The notes beneath the pieces are model-generated. The model was not told the DNA's origin. It made no database searches and was given only the letters and a program-made list of their open reading frames with translations. Below are positions 44,428 to 53,536 of a DNA stretch of 64,000 nucleotides, piece after piece. Location: assembly GCA_902791025.1 (NCBI GenBank), contig CADATZ010000006.1:2303-66302 (forward strand), read 5' to 3'. How positions within the stretch are numbered: position 1 is the first letter of the stretch; the number at the start of each line of letters is the position of its first letter. Position numbers and translations under genes: made by a program. This DNA is from an uncultured Chloroflexota bacterium (GTDB lineage Bacteria > Chloroflexota > Anaerolineae > Anaerolineales > Anaerolineaceae).

Positions 44428-44553
44428 CTCCTAACTCCTGTCTCCTATCACCTAATTCCTAACCAACTTCTAACCAACCAACTACTAACTACTAACTACC
44501 AACTACTAATCAACTACTAACTACCAACCCCTAACCCCTAAGCCCTAACAAAC
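44428..44553. repeat. Heptamer array, 18 units with drifting flavour (ctcctaa -> actaact -> aacccct)
   Basis: One continuous period-7 phase by hand count. TAA occurs in most units. Lies upstream of the SBP_3/NBR1-like gene. Confidence 0.9.
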
Positions 44554-44617
44554 CTCCTCTCCCCTGCCTGTTCTCTGAAATCTGAATTAATCCGCTGAAC
44601 TATTTTTTAAGGTTTTA

Positions 44618-44626
44618 TGCTATAAT
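44618..44626 (+). promoter_or_regulatory. Extended -10 element (TGCTATAAT)
   Basis: Lies about 24 nt upstream of ATG 44650, immediately downstream of the heptamer array. Confidence 0.4.
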
Positions 44627-44649
44627 CCCTTATTAAGGAGAGATTGATT

Positions 44650-46464
44650 ATGAAAAAGAAGCTGGCTTTTGCCCTAATTGTCGTACTGTTGCTATCATTT
44701 TCAACGATTTTTGCTGATGACCTGGCTGATGTAAAACAGGCAGGTGTGCTTCGCTTCGGTCACCATCTGGAGTATGTACCGTTTATTTTTGAAGGAAGTG
44801 ATGGGAAAACCACGGGGATTGATACAGCACTGATGGAAGAAATTGCCCGCAGGATGGGCGTGAAGCTGGAGACGATTCCGCTTGCGTGGGATGGCATCAT
44901 CGATTCCCTGAACCTTGGTCAGGCTGATGTGATCGGCGGCGGCCTTGCCCGTACCGATGAACGTTTGGAAAAGATCGATTTCACGCGTGCATATTACAGT
45001 GCGGACTCACTTTTCATCTCATTGACTTCAACGGCGAAACCCGCCAATCCAACACTTGACAGTTTCCGCGGTATGAAAATCGCTGTGGAAAAAGGAACCA
45101 ACTATGAAACCTGGATCCGGGAAAACCTGGTGACACCGGGCTATATCAATGCTGCTGATGTTTTCACCTTTTCCGGCATGAATGATCAGATCAAAGCGCT
45201 CGAAAACGGGACAGTGAACCTTGTCGTAATGGCGCAGGATCTTTATATTGGGCTCTATCAGAATACCGGAAAGTATCAGATTTTCTATGATAAATTTTTA
45301 CAGGAAAATTTCGCCTTCGGTGTCCGCAAAGGGTCCACATTGACAGCAGCGATCAATGAGCAGATGAATGCTATGATCAAGGATGGTACCGCGCAGAGTA
45401 TCGCAAACAAATTTTTCTCTATGAACTTCAATGAAATCGTGCAGATGCTGACCCGGCCGCAGGCAACACAGGTTGTTGTTCCGACGGTTCCGGTGACTCC
45501 TTCCGCAGGCGGATGTGTCAATGGCATGGTCTATGTCGCGGATGTTACTATCCCTGATGGGCAGGCGTTCAACCCCGGTGCCGGATTCCGGAAGACCTGG
45601 CGTGTCAAGAACAGCGGTACCTGCTCCTGGGATTCAAACTACAGTTTCAGCCTGGCATCCGGGAGCAGCATGGGAACAAACAGCATCTACGTTCCGGGTA
45701 TTGTTGCACCGGGACAGACCGTTGATCTTTCTGTTGACCTGACTGCTCCAAATGCCGCCGGCGCTTATAAAGGCTATTGGCAGATGCGTTCCCCGCAGGG
45801 TGCATCTTTTGGACAGGTTATCTGGGTCAGCATTAAAGTGAATGGAGCGGCCCCAAATCCTCAGCCGGATGATGGCCAGAAGCGTGTGATACCGCAGGTC
45901 AATTACTTCTATCTTGTTCCTGATGAGGGATATGCGGGAGAGACCACCTATGCTTACTGGTCCGTCAGTAATGCCGCCGGTGTTCAAATCTATGTGGACG
46001 GAAATCTTTACGTGAATGCGAATGACGCGGAAGGGTATGTGCCGATCACGGATGAGATCCAGTCTGTCGGCAGTCATGAGATCAGGCTGGTTGCCCATTC
46101 TGTGACGGATGATGCTTCCGCTACAGCCTGGTTCAAGATGAATGACAGCGGTCAGGACCGGGTGATTCCGCAAATCGATAACCTTTTTGCTATTCCTGAC
46201 CCTGTAGGTGTTGGAGAAGATGTTAATATTCACTGGAACGTCAGAAATGCCGCGGGAATTCAGATTTATGTTGACGGAAATCTTTATGTCGAGTCGAATG
46301 ATGCTGAGGGTTTCGTTCCGGTCTTTGATCAGGTGCAGGAAGTCGGCACGCATGAGATCACACTGGTTGCCCATTCCATAACAGATGACGCTTCTTCCAC
46401 GATTTACATTACGACGCAAGATTTTGATATGACGGAAGATGATTATACGACGGAAGATTATTAG
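44650..46464 (+). CDS. Secreted multidomain protein: family-3 solute-binding domain + NBR1-like Ig domain + two tandem ~90-aa repeats
   Basis: Signal peptide, then an SBP_bac_3-type region (LRFGHHLEYVPF...), then FRKTWRVKNSGTCSWD...YWQM (NBR1/FW-like), then two paralogous repeats (R/VIPQ...AAG[VI]QIYVDGNLYV...). Confidence 0.75.
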   Translation: MKKKLAFALIVVLLLSFSTIFADDLADVKQAGVLRFGHHLEYVPFIFEGSDGKTTGIDTALMEEIARRMGVKLETIPLAWDGIIDSLNLGQADVIGGGLARTDERLEKIDFTRAYYSADSLFISLTSTAKPANPTLDSFRGMKIAVEKGTNYETWIRENLVTPGYINAADVFTFSGMNDQIKALENGTVNLVVMAQDLYIGLYQNTGKYQIFYDKFLQENFAFGVRKGSTLTAAINEQMNAMIKDGTAQSIANKFFSMNFNEIVQMLTRPQATQVVVPTVPVTPSAGGCVNGMVYVADVTIPDGQAFNPGAGFRKTWRVKNSGTCSWDSNYSFSLASGSSMGTNSIYVPGIVAPGQTVDLSVDLTAPNAAGAYKGYWQMRSPQGASFGQVIWVSIKVNGAAPNPQPDDGQKRVIPQVNYFYLVPDEGYAGETTYAYWSVSNAAGVQIYVDGNLYVNANDAEGYVPITDEIQSVGSHEIRLVAHSVTDDASATAWFKMNDSGQDRVIPQIDNLFAIPDPVGVGEDVNIHWNVRNAAGIQIYVDGNLYVESNDAEGFVPVFDQVQEVGTHEITLVAHSITDDASSTIYITTQDFDMTEDDYTTEDY

Positions 46465-46502
46465 GATCGTGAAGAAGCTGTCTGATTAATAGATTGAAAT
46501 GT

Positions 46503-46540
46503 ATGGTTATCCGTCTTGTCTGTTGAGACGGATAACCATC
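46503..46540 (+). terminator. Rho-independent terminator after the SBP_3/NBR1-like gene
   Basis: ggttatccgtct-tgtctgttg-agacggataacc followed by atcttt. Confidence 0.7.
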
Positions 46541-46555
46541 TTTGAACTATAAGGT

Positions 46556-46586
46556 GAGCTGTCCGCGTGTGCTCTGTTCTGAATTA
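46556..46586 (+). repeat. IPE half-copy P (right arm and terminus)
   Basis: gagctgtccgcgtgtgctctgttctgaatta resembles gccagtccccacgtgctccgttctgaata. Confidence 0.4.
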
Positions 46587-46615
46587 ATACAAGACGAATT
46601 ATAAGGAAACGATTT

Positions 46616-47887
46616 ATGTTTATTGATGAAGCTGAAATTTATGTCCGGTCGGGAAAAGGCGGCGATGGGTTTATGCACTTCCATCGGGAGAAATTTGTAG
46701 CCCGGGGCGGCCCGGACGGCGGAGACGGCGGACGCGGCGGTGATTTGATTTTGAAAGTTGACAGGCATCTGAACACACTGGCTGCCTTCCGTCATAAGAC
46801 CCGCTATATCGCTCCCGACGGGCAGAAAGGCGGCGTCAATAACCAGACCGGAAAATCCGCGGAGAACCTCATCGTGAAGGTTCCCGCGGGTACGATTGTC
46901 CGCGAAAAGGAAACCGGCGCCATGCTGGGTGACCTGACGCATGACGGTCAGGAGCTGGTGGTTTGCAAAGGCGGACGGGGCGGACGCGGCAACACGCATT
47001 TCGTTTCCCCTTCCAACCAGGCACCGCGGACTGCGGAAAAGGGTGAGCCTTACGAAGAAAAGAACCTTGCTCTGGAGTTGAAGCTGATCGCGGATGTGGG
47101 AATTGTCGGGGTGCCGAATGCCGGGAAATCCTCATTCCTGGCGGCTGCTACCAATGCCACGCCGAAAATCGCGAATTATCCTTTCACGACACTCGAACCG
47201 AATCTCGGCGTGGCGGAGCTGGACGCGGAACATTCTCTCGTCCTTTCCGATGTGCCGGGGTTGATCGAAGGTGCACATATGGGTGTTGGTCTGGGAGATT
47301 CCTTCCTGCGCCATATTCAGCGCACACGGGTCATCCTGCATGTCCTGAACGGGGAATCCGAGGATCCGATCGCGGATTTTGACCAGATCAATCAGGAAAT
47401 GGCGCTGTTTGACCCGAATCTGGGCGAAAAATCCCAGCTGGTGGTTTATAACAAGATGGATATCCCCGAAGCAGCCGAGCGCTGGCCGGAAATCGAAGCC
47501 GCGCTGAAGGAACGCGGAATTGATGCTATGAACATGTCTGCCGCCACTGCCGGAAACATCAAACCGATCCTCTGGAAGCTTTATGAACTTGTACAGAACG
47601 CTCCGGAAGAGACTGTGGATGAGGAAGAGGTACTGCCGCTTTACACGCCGGAAGATGATCCGCGCCAATTCACCATCGGCCGCAATGATTACGGCGATTA
47701 TGTGGTTCGCGGTACTGCCATTGAGCGGGCTGCCAAGATGACCTTCTGGGAACATCCGGGTTCCCTGCGGCGCTTCCAGAACCTGATGCGGACGCTCGGT
47801 ATCGAGGATGCTCTGCGGCAGGCCGGTGTGCAGGACGGTGACACCGTGATGATCGGCGACAGTTTTGAACTGGAGTGGGTAGAATAA
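46616..47887 (+). CDS. obg: GTPase Obg/CgtA
   Basis: MFIDEAEIYVRSGKGGDG Obg fold, GVPNAGKSS G1 motif, DVPGLIEGA, NKMD, and a C-terminal OCT domain. Confidence 0.95.
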   Translation: MFIDEAEIYVRSGKGGDGFMHFHREKFVARGGPDGGDGGRGGDLILKVDRHLNTLAAFRHKTRYIAPDGQKGGVNNQTGKSAENLIVKVPAGTIVREKETGAMLGDLTHDGQELVVCKGGRGGRGNTHFVSPSNQAPRTAEKGEPYEEKNLALELKLIADVGIVGVPNAGKSSFLAAATNATPKIANYPFTTLEPNLGVAELDAEHSLVLSDVPGLIEGAHMGVGLGDSFLRHIQRTRVILHVLNGESEDPIADFDQINQEMALFDPNLGEKSQLVVYNKMDIPEAAERWPEIEAALKERGIDAMNMSAATAGNIKPILWKLYELVQNAPEETVDEEEVLPLYTPEDDPRQFTIGRNDYGDYVVRGTAIERAAKMTFWEHPGSLRRFQNLMRTLGIEDALRQAGVQDGDTVMIGDSFELEWVE

Positions 47888-47895
47888 GAAAAGGG

Positions 47896-47958
47896 ACCAG
47901 TGGTCAGGGGCCAGGGTCAGTCAGTGGTCAGTGTCCCCTGGTTAGTGGACAGGGAGAC
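47896..47958. repeat. Heptamer-phased GC-richer array (gtcaggg gccaggg tcagtca gtggtca gtgtccc ctggtta gtggaca)
   Basis: Period 7 is maintained over about 9 units. Starts 9 nt after the obg stop. Partially self-complementary (ccagggg/cccctgg). Confidence 0.6.
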
Positions 47959-48015
47959 AAGTGGCTGCTGCTTGGTAACCATGATTTTTAAACATGTATA
48001 AGAAAGGGAACAGCG

Positions 48016-50229
48016 ATGAAACAGCTTTTTCAGAACATGAAGAATGGAGAAACCAGTATCAAGGACCTGCCGATCCCGAAACCGGGGAAGGGCAGCGCTT
48101 TGGTGCAGACCGCTTTCTCGCTGGTTAGTGCCGGTACGGAACGTACTCTGGTTGAGTTCTCTGAAAAAAATCTGGCTGCCAAGGCTGTTTCCCGCCCGGA
48201 TCTGGTCAAGCAGGTGTTGAACAAAGCCAAGCGGGAAGGAATCCTCAGTTCTGTTCAGGCTGCCTTCAACCGACTGGATCAACCCATGTTTCCGGGTTAT
48301 TCTTCCGCGGGTACCATTGTTGCTCTCGGTGAGGGGATGCAGGGGTTCAAGGTCGGGGATCGCGTCGCGTGCGGCGGGGGAAACCACGCCGTCCATGCGG
48401 AATATGAGGTCGTTCCCCGCAACCTGTTGGTGAAGATCCCGGATGAGGTGAGCTTCGAAGAGGCTGCTTTCGCCACATTAGGTTCGGTTGCCATTCATGG
48501 CTTCCGTCTGGCTGCTCCGCAGCTGAACGATACAGTTCTGGTGATCGGTTTGGGATTGCTCGGCCTGATGGAGGTTCAGATCGCCAAAGCTGCCGGCTGC
48601 CGGGTGATGGGGATGGATATCGCCAAGCCAAAGATCAAGCTGGCACGGGATTTCGGCGTGGAAGCCTGTACCCGCGGCGATATTGAAGAGCGTGCACCGC
48701 TTTTCACCAAAGGACGAGGATTTGACCATGTGTTGATCTGTGCCGGCAGTTCCAATAATGACTCCATCGAACTGGCCGGAGAACTGTGCCGGGACCGTGG
48801 GAAGGTGATCGCCATCGGTGCGGTTGGCCTGGAAATCCCGCGGAAGATCTATTATGAAAAAGAACTGAGCGTGATGGTTTCCCGCTCCTACGGTCCGGGA
48901 CGCTATGACGCGAATTATGAGGAGAAGGGACAGGATTATCCCATCGGTTATGTCCGCTGGACGGAAGGCCGCAACATGGAAAGCTTTGTGGATCTGGTTG
49001 CCGATGGAAAAATGGATGTCAAATCTCTGATCACGCATCGGATCCCAATCGAAAACGGGGCTGAAGCGTATGAGCTCATCACCGGGAAGCGGCGAGAGCC
49101 TTTCCTGGGCGTGCTGCTGGAATATCCGCGTGATGCGGAGCCGCAGCAAAATCAGGCTGTGCCTGTTTCCAAAATCCAGCTTCGACCGGATGCCTCCGAT
49201 GCCGGGAAGCCCAATATTGGTGTGCTGGGTGCGGGAAATTATGCCAATGCGACTTTCCTGCCGGTGATGAAGGAGAGCACGGGCCGCTGTGTGCTGAAGT
49301 CTATCGCTTCCGGTTCCGGCGGAAAAGCACGCTACAGTGCAGAGAAATTCGGCTTTGAAAAGGTGGAAACGGATGGAAACGCCATCCTGCAGGACCCGGA
49401 AATTTCAGACGTGGTGCTGCTCACGCCGCACTCGATCCATGCTGCGCAGACCATCAAGGCGCTGGAAAACGGGAAAAATGTCTATTGCGAAAAGCCTGCC
49501 GCACTGACGCCGAAGACTCTTGCTGAGGTCCGTCAGGCCGTGACTGCCCACCCTGAACAACTGTACATGGTCGGTTATAACCGGCGTTTTGCTCCGCTCG
49601 CGAAGGAAATGAAACAGTTCTTTGAAGATTGTGCAGAGCCGCTTGCCATGCATTATACGGTCAATGCCGGGTTTATTCCGGGAACTCACTGGACACAGGA
49701 CCCGGAAATCGGCGGCGGTCGTATTCTTGGGGAAGGATGTCATTTCATTGATTTCCTGATCTGGATGTGCGGTTCGCTGCCAGTGAAGGTGAATGCCTTC
49801 AGTCTGCTGGACTGTGGACGTTACAACGAGGATAATCTCAGTATTCAGCTTTCCTTTGCCAATGGTTCGATCGGTACGGTGAACTATCTCGCCAACGGTG
49901 ACAAGGCTTACGCTAAGGAGCGTGTCGAGGTGTTCGGCGGCGGCAGGATCGCCGTGCTGAGTGATTACCGCAGCCTGGAGATGTGGAAGGATGGCGACCA
50001 TAAAAAGGACAGTTCCGCACTCCGTCAAGACAAGGGGCATGCGGGATCCTGGAATGCTTTTCTGGATGCAGCGCATGCCGGGAAACAGGCGCCCATCGCG
50101 TATGATGAAATTTTCGGCGGAATGCTCGCCTGTTTTGCGGCTATTGAATCGATCCGGCAGCAGGATCTGATAGCCGTTCCTCCTTCGGATTCTCTGGATG
50201 ATTTTCTGACGGGAGATGAGGCGGCATGA
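48016..50229 (+). CDS. Bi-domain oxidoreductase (zinc-type alcohol dehydrogenase N-half fused to Gfo/Idh/MocA C-half)
   Basis: 737 aa. The N-half is MDR-like with a GLGLLGL Rossmann fold. The C-half carries VLGAGNYA and a Gfo/Idh/MocA pattern. Confidence 0.65.
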   Translation: MKQLFQNMKNGETSIKDLPIPKPGKGSALVQTAFSLVSAGTERTLVEFSEKNLAAKAVSRPDLVKQVLNKAKREGILSSVQAAFNRLDQPMFPGYSSAGTIVALGEGMQGFKVGDRVACGGGNHAVHAEYEVVPRNLLVKIPDEVSFEEAAFATLGSVAIHGFRLAAPQLNDTVLVIGLGLLGLMEVQIAKAAGCRVMGMDIAKPKIKLARDFGVEACTRGDIEERAPLFTKGRGFDHVLICAGSSNNDSIELAGELCRDRGKVIAIGAVGLEIPRKIYYEKELSVMVSRSYGPGRYDANYEEKGQDYPIGYVRWTEGRNMESFVDLVADGKMDVKSLITHRIPIENGAEAYELITGKRREPFLGVLLEYPRDAEPQQNQAVPVSKIQLRPDASDAGKPNIGVLGAGNYANATFLPVMKESTGRCVLKSIASGSGGKARYSAEKFGFEKVETDGNAILQDPEISDVVLLTPHSIHAAQTIKALENGKNVYCEKPAALTPKTLAEVRQAVTAHPEQLYMVGYNRRFAPLAKEMKQFFEDCAEPLAMHYTVNAGFIPGTHWTQDPEIGGGRILGEGCHFIDFLIWMCGSLPVKVNAFSLLDCGRYNEDNLSIQLSFANGSIGTVNYLANGDKAYAKERVEVFGGGRIAVLSDYRSLEMWKDGDHKKDSSALRQDKGHAGSWNAFLDAAHAGKQAPIAYDEIFGGMLACFAAIESIRQQDLIAVPPSDSLDDFLTGDEAA

Positions 50230-52184
50230 CGCGTTTTTCGCTGATAACACAGTCCATCCGCGACCTTGGCCTTTTGCCTGTACTGCGCAATGGCTGCTAT
50301 CAGGTTTTGCTGAAAAGCGGGATCTACCGGACAATCATGCCTCACAGACCGCTCCGGAAGGAAACCGTGCGCGGGGAATTCCGTCCGCTGCCGCTGCCGG
50401 ATATGGAGCAGCTTGGCCCGTATCTCTCTGCTGATTCCGCCCGTATCTTTGAAGAAAAAGAACTGATTTCCCGCGGGGAATATCATCCCTTTGGCAGTAA
50501 AAAGAATCTGCCTTTGGATTTGAATCCGGTAAACGGGAGCCGTCATTGGGCAACGGATCACAAGATCCCGGTCCCGGATTTAAAATTGATCTGGGAAGGT
50601 GCCAGGTTCTGCTGGGTCGATGCCTTGGTGCGGAACGAAGCGCTGACTCGCAGCGGCTTATCTGAAGCCTGCTTTTGGGATAAACTGGAAGAATTCAATC
50701 AGAAGAATCCGGTCAATCTGGGCGAAAATTGGGAGTCTGCACAGGAAGTTGGTCTGCGGCTGATCAATATTGCTTTTGCCGCAAGCGTTTTTCTGCAGCT
50801 GCCCAAGAGTGACAGCATTTATTTTTCAACCGCAAGGCATAATGAATTGATCCGTGAACGCACCGATCTGGCTGCCCGAACTATCCAGGCCCATGCTAAG
50901 CGGATCCCGAAAACATTGATTTATGCCAAATCTCAGCGGAATAACCATTTACTCAGCGAGGCTGCTGCACTGATGACCGCCGCTGTTGTTCTGCCGGAAG
51001 CTAATGAAGCCGGCCGCTGGTGGCGGCTGGGCAGAGATAATTTCTTCAGCGGACTGGACGATCAGCTTGCGCCGAACGGTTGTTATATTCAGCACTCTGC
51101 CAATTACCACCGTCTGATGATTCAGCTTGTGGTATGGGTGGACCGGCTGCTGCGTATCAAGTGCGAGAGCTGGCCAAAGAAGCTTATCCCAAAACTGCGG
51201 AACTCGATCCGTTTTCTTTATGATTTCTGCGACCCGGTCAATGGAAAATGCAGCAATATCGGGCATAATGATGGCACACTGCTGTTTTGTTTCGGGAGTG
51301 AGTATGAGGATTACAGCCCTACGCTGCAGGCAGCCGGTCAAATCTTTTTGGGTCGGAAGCTGTTTGCGGATGGACCGCGGGATGAACTGGGTATTTGGCT
51401 GAACGTTGAGCGGCGTTACCTCTATCAGTCTGATGAGGAACAGGATGAGGCTTATAGCGGTCCGCTTTCCGTTGGGAAAGGGCGCATGAAGGCATTGATG
51501 CTTTCAGAGCCTTTCATCGGCAGACCAGCGCATGATGACCGTCTGCATCTGGATGTCTGGATCAATGGCGTCAATGAACTTTGCGACGCGGGAACCTACC
51601 GCTATTCTGATTTGGAAGGCTGGGATAACCGGCTCAAATACGCCGTGACGCATAATGTGATGACGGTTGACCATCAGGAGCCGATGAGGGATGCGGGGAA
51701 GTTCCTGTGGCTGGAACCGGATGAAGCGAAGGTTCTTTCCCGCAATGAGGCTTACATCAGCGCGGAGCATAACGGATTCCGTTCATTGAACCTCAAACAC
51801 CGCAGGACCGTTCGCCCGATCGGGAATGGTTTTTCAGTGGCGGATGATGTGATCCCGCTGGAAAAGGAAGCGGATACGGAACATGTTTACCGTTTTCACT
51901 GGCTGCTGCCGAATCAATCGTTTAAATACAAAAAGGGCATACTGGTCCTGGACCGGATCCGCATGGGATTCAGCAGCGATTTTTCTTTCAATCTGCGCAT
52001 CGTTCGGGCGGGATACTGCATATTTAACAGCGGTGAGGAGACTGGGGAAAAGGATTTCCGTGAGGATCAGCGCTGCGGATGGTATTCACCAACGTACAAT
52101 GAAAAGGAACCCGCACTTTCCATCATTGTCACCTGCAAGGGGCAGGCGCCGTTTCATTTCGATACGCTGATTACGAAATTGTAG
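50226..52184 (+). CDS. Heparinase II/III-like (alginate-lyase-fold) family protein
   Basis: 652 aa. NNHLLSEAAAL...HSANYHRLMIQ resembles the toroid N/H/Y catalytic region of this family. ATGA overlap with the upstream gene. Confidence 0.55.
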   Translation: MTRFSLITQSIRDLGLLPVLRNGCYQVLLKSGIYRTIMPHRPLRKETVRGEFRPLPLPDMEQLGPYLSADSARIFEEKELISRGEYHPFGSKKNLPLDLNPVNGSRHWATDHKIPVPDLKLIWEGARFCWVDALVRNEALTRSGLSEACFWDKLEEFNQKNPVNLGENWESAQEVGLRLINIAFAASVFLQLPKSDSIYFSTARHNELIRERTDLAARTIQAHAKRIPKTLIYAKSQRNNHLLSEAAALMTAAVVLPEANEAGRWWRLGRDNFFSGLDDQLAPNGCYIQHSANYHRLMIQLVVWVDRLLRIKCESWPKKLIPKLRNSIRFLYDFCDPVNGKCSNIGHNDGTLLFCFGSEYEDYSPTLQAAGQIFLGRKLFADGPRDELGIWLNVERRYLYQSDEEQDEAYSGPLSVGKGRMKALMLSEPFIGRPAHDDRLHLDVWINGVNELCDAGTYRYSDLEGWDNRLKYAVTHNVMTVDHQEPMRDAGKFLWLEPDEAKVLSRNEAYISAEHNGFRSLNLKHRRTVRPIGNGFSVADDVIPLEKEADTEHVYRFHWLLPNQSFKYKKGILVLDRIRMGFSSDFSFNLRIVRAGYCIFNSGEETGEKDFREDQRCGWYSPTYNEKEPALSIIVTCKGQAPFHFDTLITKL

Positions 52185-52223
52185 GTATTAGGTATTAGGT
52201 ATTAGGTTTTAGGGGATGGTGAT
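52182..52223. repeat. Heptamer array, 6 units (taggtat x3, taggttt, tagggga, tggtgat)
   Basis: The first TAG is the stop of the heparinase-like gene, and the array ends exactly at ATG 52224 of the GT4 gene. Five consecutive TAGs cover all three frames. Confidence 0.9.
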
Positions 52224-53429
52224 ATGCATATTTTGTTGATTCACCAGGCGTTTGTTACTACCGGGGAGGCCGGGGGAACGAGGCATATTGAGTTTTCCCG
52301 CCGACTGGCTGCACGGGGCCACCGGGTGACCATCATCACCAGTCCGGTCAGTTACCTGAGCGGGGAAAGCAGCCTTACCGGCCATTTTCTGTGGAAAAAA
52401 GAACAGTGGGCGGAAAATATTGAGATCCGTTATTGCTGGACGAGCTCCGGGATGCATAAGGGATTTGTTCCGCGCCTGCTGGCTTTCTTTTCCTTCATGT
52501 TTTCCTCGTTTTTCTGTGCGCTGAACGTGAAAGACGTGGATCTCGTCTGGGGAACTTCGCCAAATCTATTTCAGGGCTGGACGGCCTGGCTGAGCGCAAG
52601 GCTGAAGCGCAAGCCCTTCCTGCTGGAGATTCGGGATCTCTGGCCGGAGTTCGCTATTGCCATGGGTGCGCTGCGAAATCCGCTGCTCATCCGCATGTCG
52701 CAGTGGCTGGAGCGGTTCCTCTATAATCACGCGGACCGCATCATTGTGAATTCACCGGGGTTTATCCCATATATCCGTGATATTTGCGGAAAGACACCGA
52801 ATCTGGTTCCGAATGGCGCGGATGAGCGTATGTTTGAAGGTGCGGACGGAACTGCTTTCCGCGAAGAACATGGCCTGGGGGATGATTTCGTGGTTATGTA
52901 CAGCGGCGCGCACGGTCCGGCGAATGACCTGGAAACGGTGCTGAATGCGGCGGAGATACTGCGGGATCATGCCGGTATCCGCTTTGTTTTTGTGGGGAGC
53001 GGAAAGGATAAAGCCCGCCTTGAAACGATAAAGGCGGAAAAAAAGCTTGACAACGTGTTGTTTGTCCCGCCTGTCCCGAAGGACCGGATCGCTTCCGTGA
53101 TGGCGGCAGAGGATGCGGGTTTGGCGATCCTGAAAAAACTGGATATGTTCAAAACTACTTATCCAAACAAAGTCTTTGACATCATGGCTTGCGGTGATCC
53201 GGTGATTTGTCAGATCGATGGCGTGATCCGCGAGGTGGTTGAGGAAAATCAGGCGGGGATTTTTGTCGAACCGGGTGATGCTCAGGCGTTGGCTGATGCT
53301 GTGCTGCGTTTAGCAAAAGATCCTGAAGCCTGCCGGAAAATGGGCGAAAATGGCCGCAGGGCGATCATGGAGAAGTTCAATCGCGACAAAGCGGCGGAAC
53401 AGTTGGAAGAAATCTTTATTAAATTGTAA
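52224..53429 (+). CDS. Glycosyltransferase family 4 (WbuB-like)
   Basis: MHILLIHQAF...GEAGGTRHIEFSRRLAARGHRVTIIT N-terminus and a GT-B C-terminal E-x7-E-type region. Confidence 0.7.
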   Translation: MHILLIHQAFVTTGEAGGTRHIEFSRRLAARGHRVTIITSPVSYLSGESSLTGHFLWKKEQWAENIEIRYCWTSSGMHKGFVPRLLAFFSFMFSSFFCALNVKDVDLVWGTSPNLFQGWTAWLSARLKRKPFLLEIRDLWPEFAIAMGALRNPLLIRMSQWLERFLYNHADRIIVNSPGFIPYIRDICGKTPNLVPNGADERMFEGADGTAFREEHGLGDDFVVMYSGAHGPANDLETVLNAAEILRDHAGIRFVFVGSGKDKARLETIKAEKKLDNVLFVPPVPKDRIASVMAAEDAGLAILKKLDMFKTTYPNKVFDIMACGDPVICQIDGVIREVVEENQAGIFVEPGDAQALADAVLRLAKDPEACRKMGENGRRAIMEKFNRDKAAEQLEEIFIKL

Positions 53430-53433
53430 CTGA

Positions 53434-53527
53434 TCAGAACCCACAGCGACGCACATGGGGACAGGCACACTTGTGCGGGCTGCTCCGCACAAGATGCCAG
53501 TCCCCACGTGCTCCGTTCTGAATAGAT
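53434..53527 (+). repeat. IPE copy N (near-consensus)
   Basis: tcagaacccacagcgacgcacatggggacaggcacacttgtgcgggctgctccgcacaagatgccagtccccacgtgctccgttctgaatagat. Confidence 0.95.
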
Positions 53528-53536
53528 ACATTAAAT

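Noticed and set aside
49405-50334. 309-aa minus-strand ORF and neighbours (48478-49149, 50025-50561, 53531-54442)
   Set aside because: Antisense to the bi-domain oxidoreductase, heparinase-like and DDAH genes. No domain signatures. 53531-54442 also reads through repeat elements at both ends.
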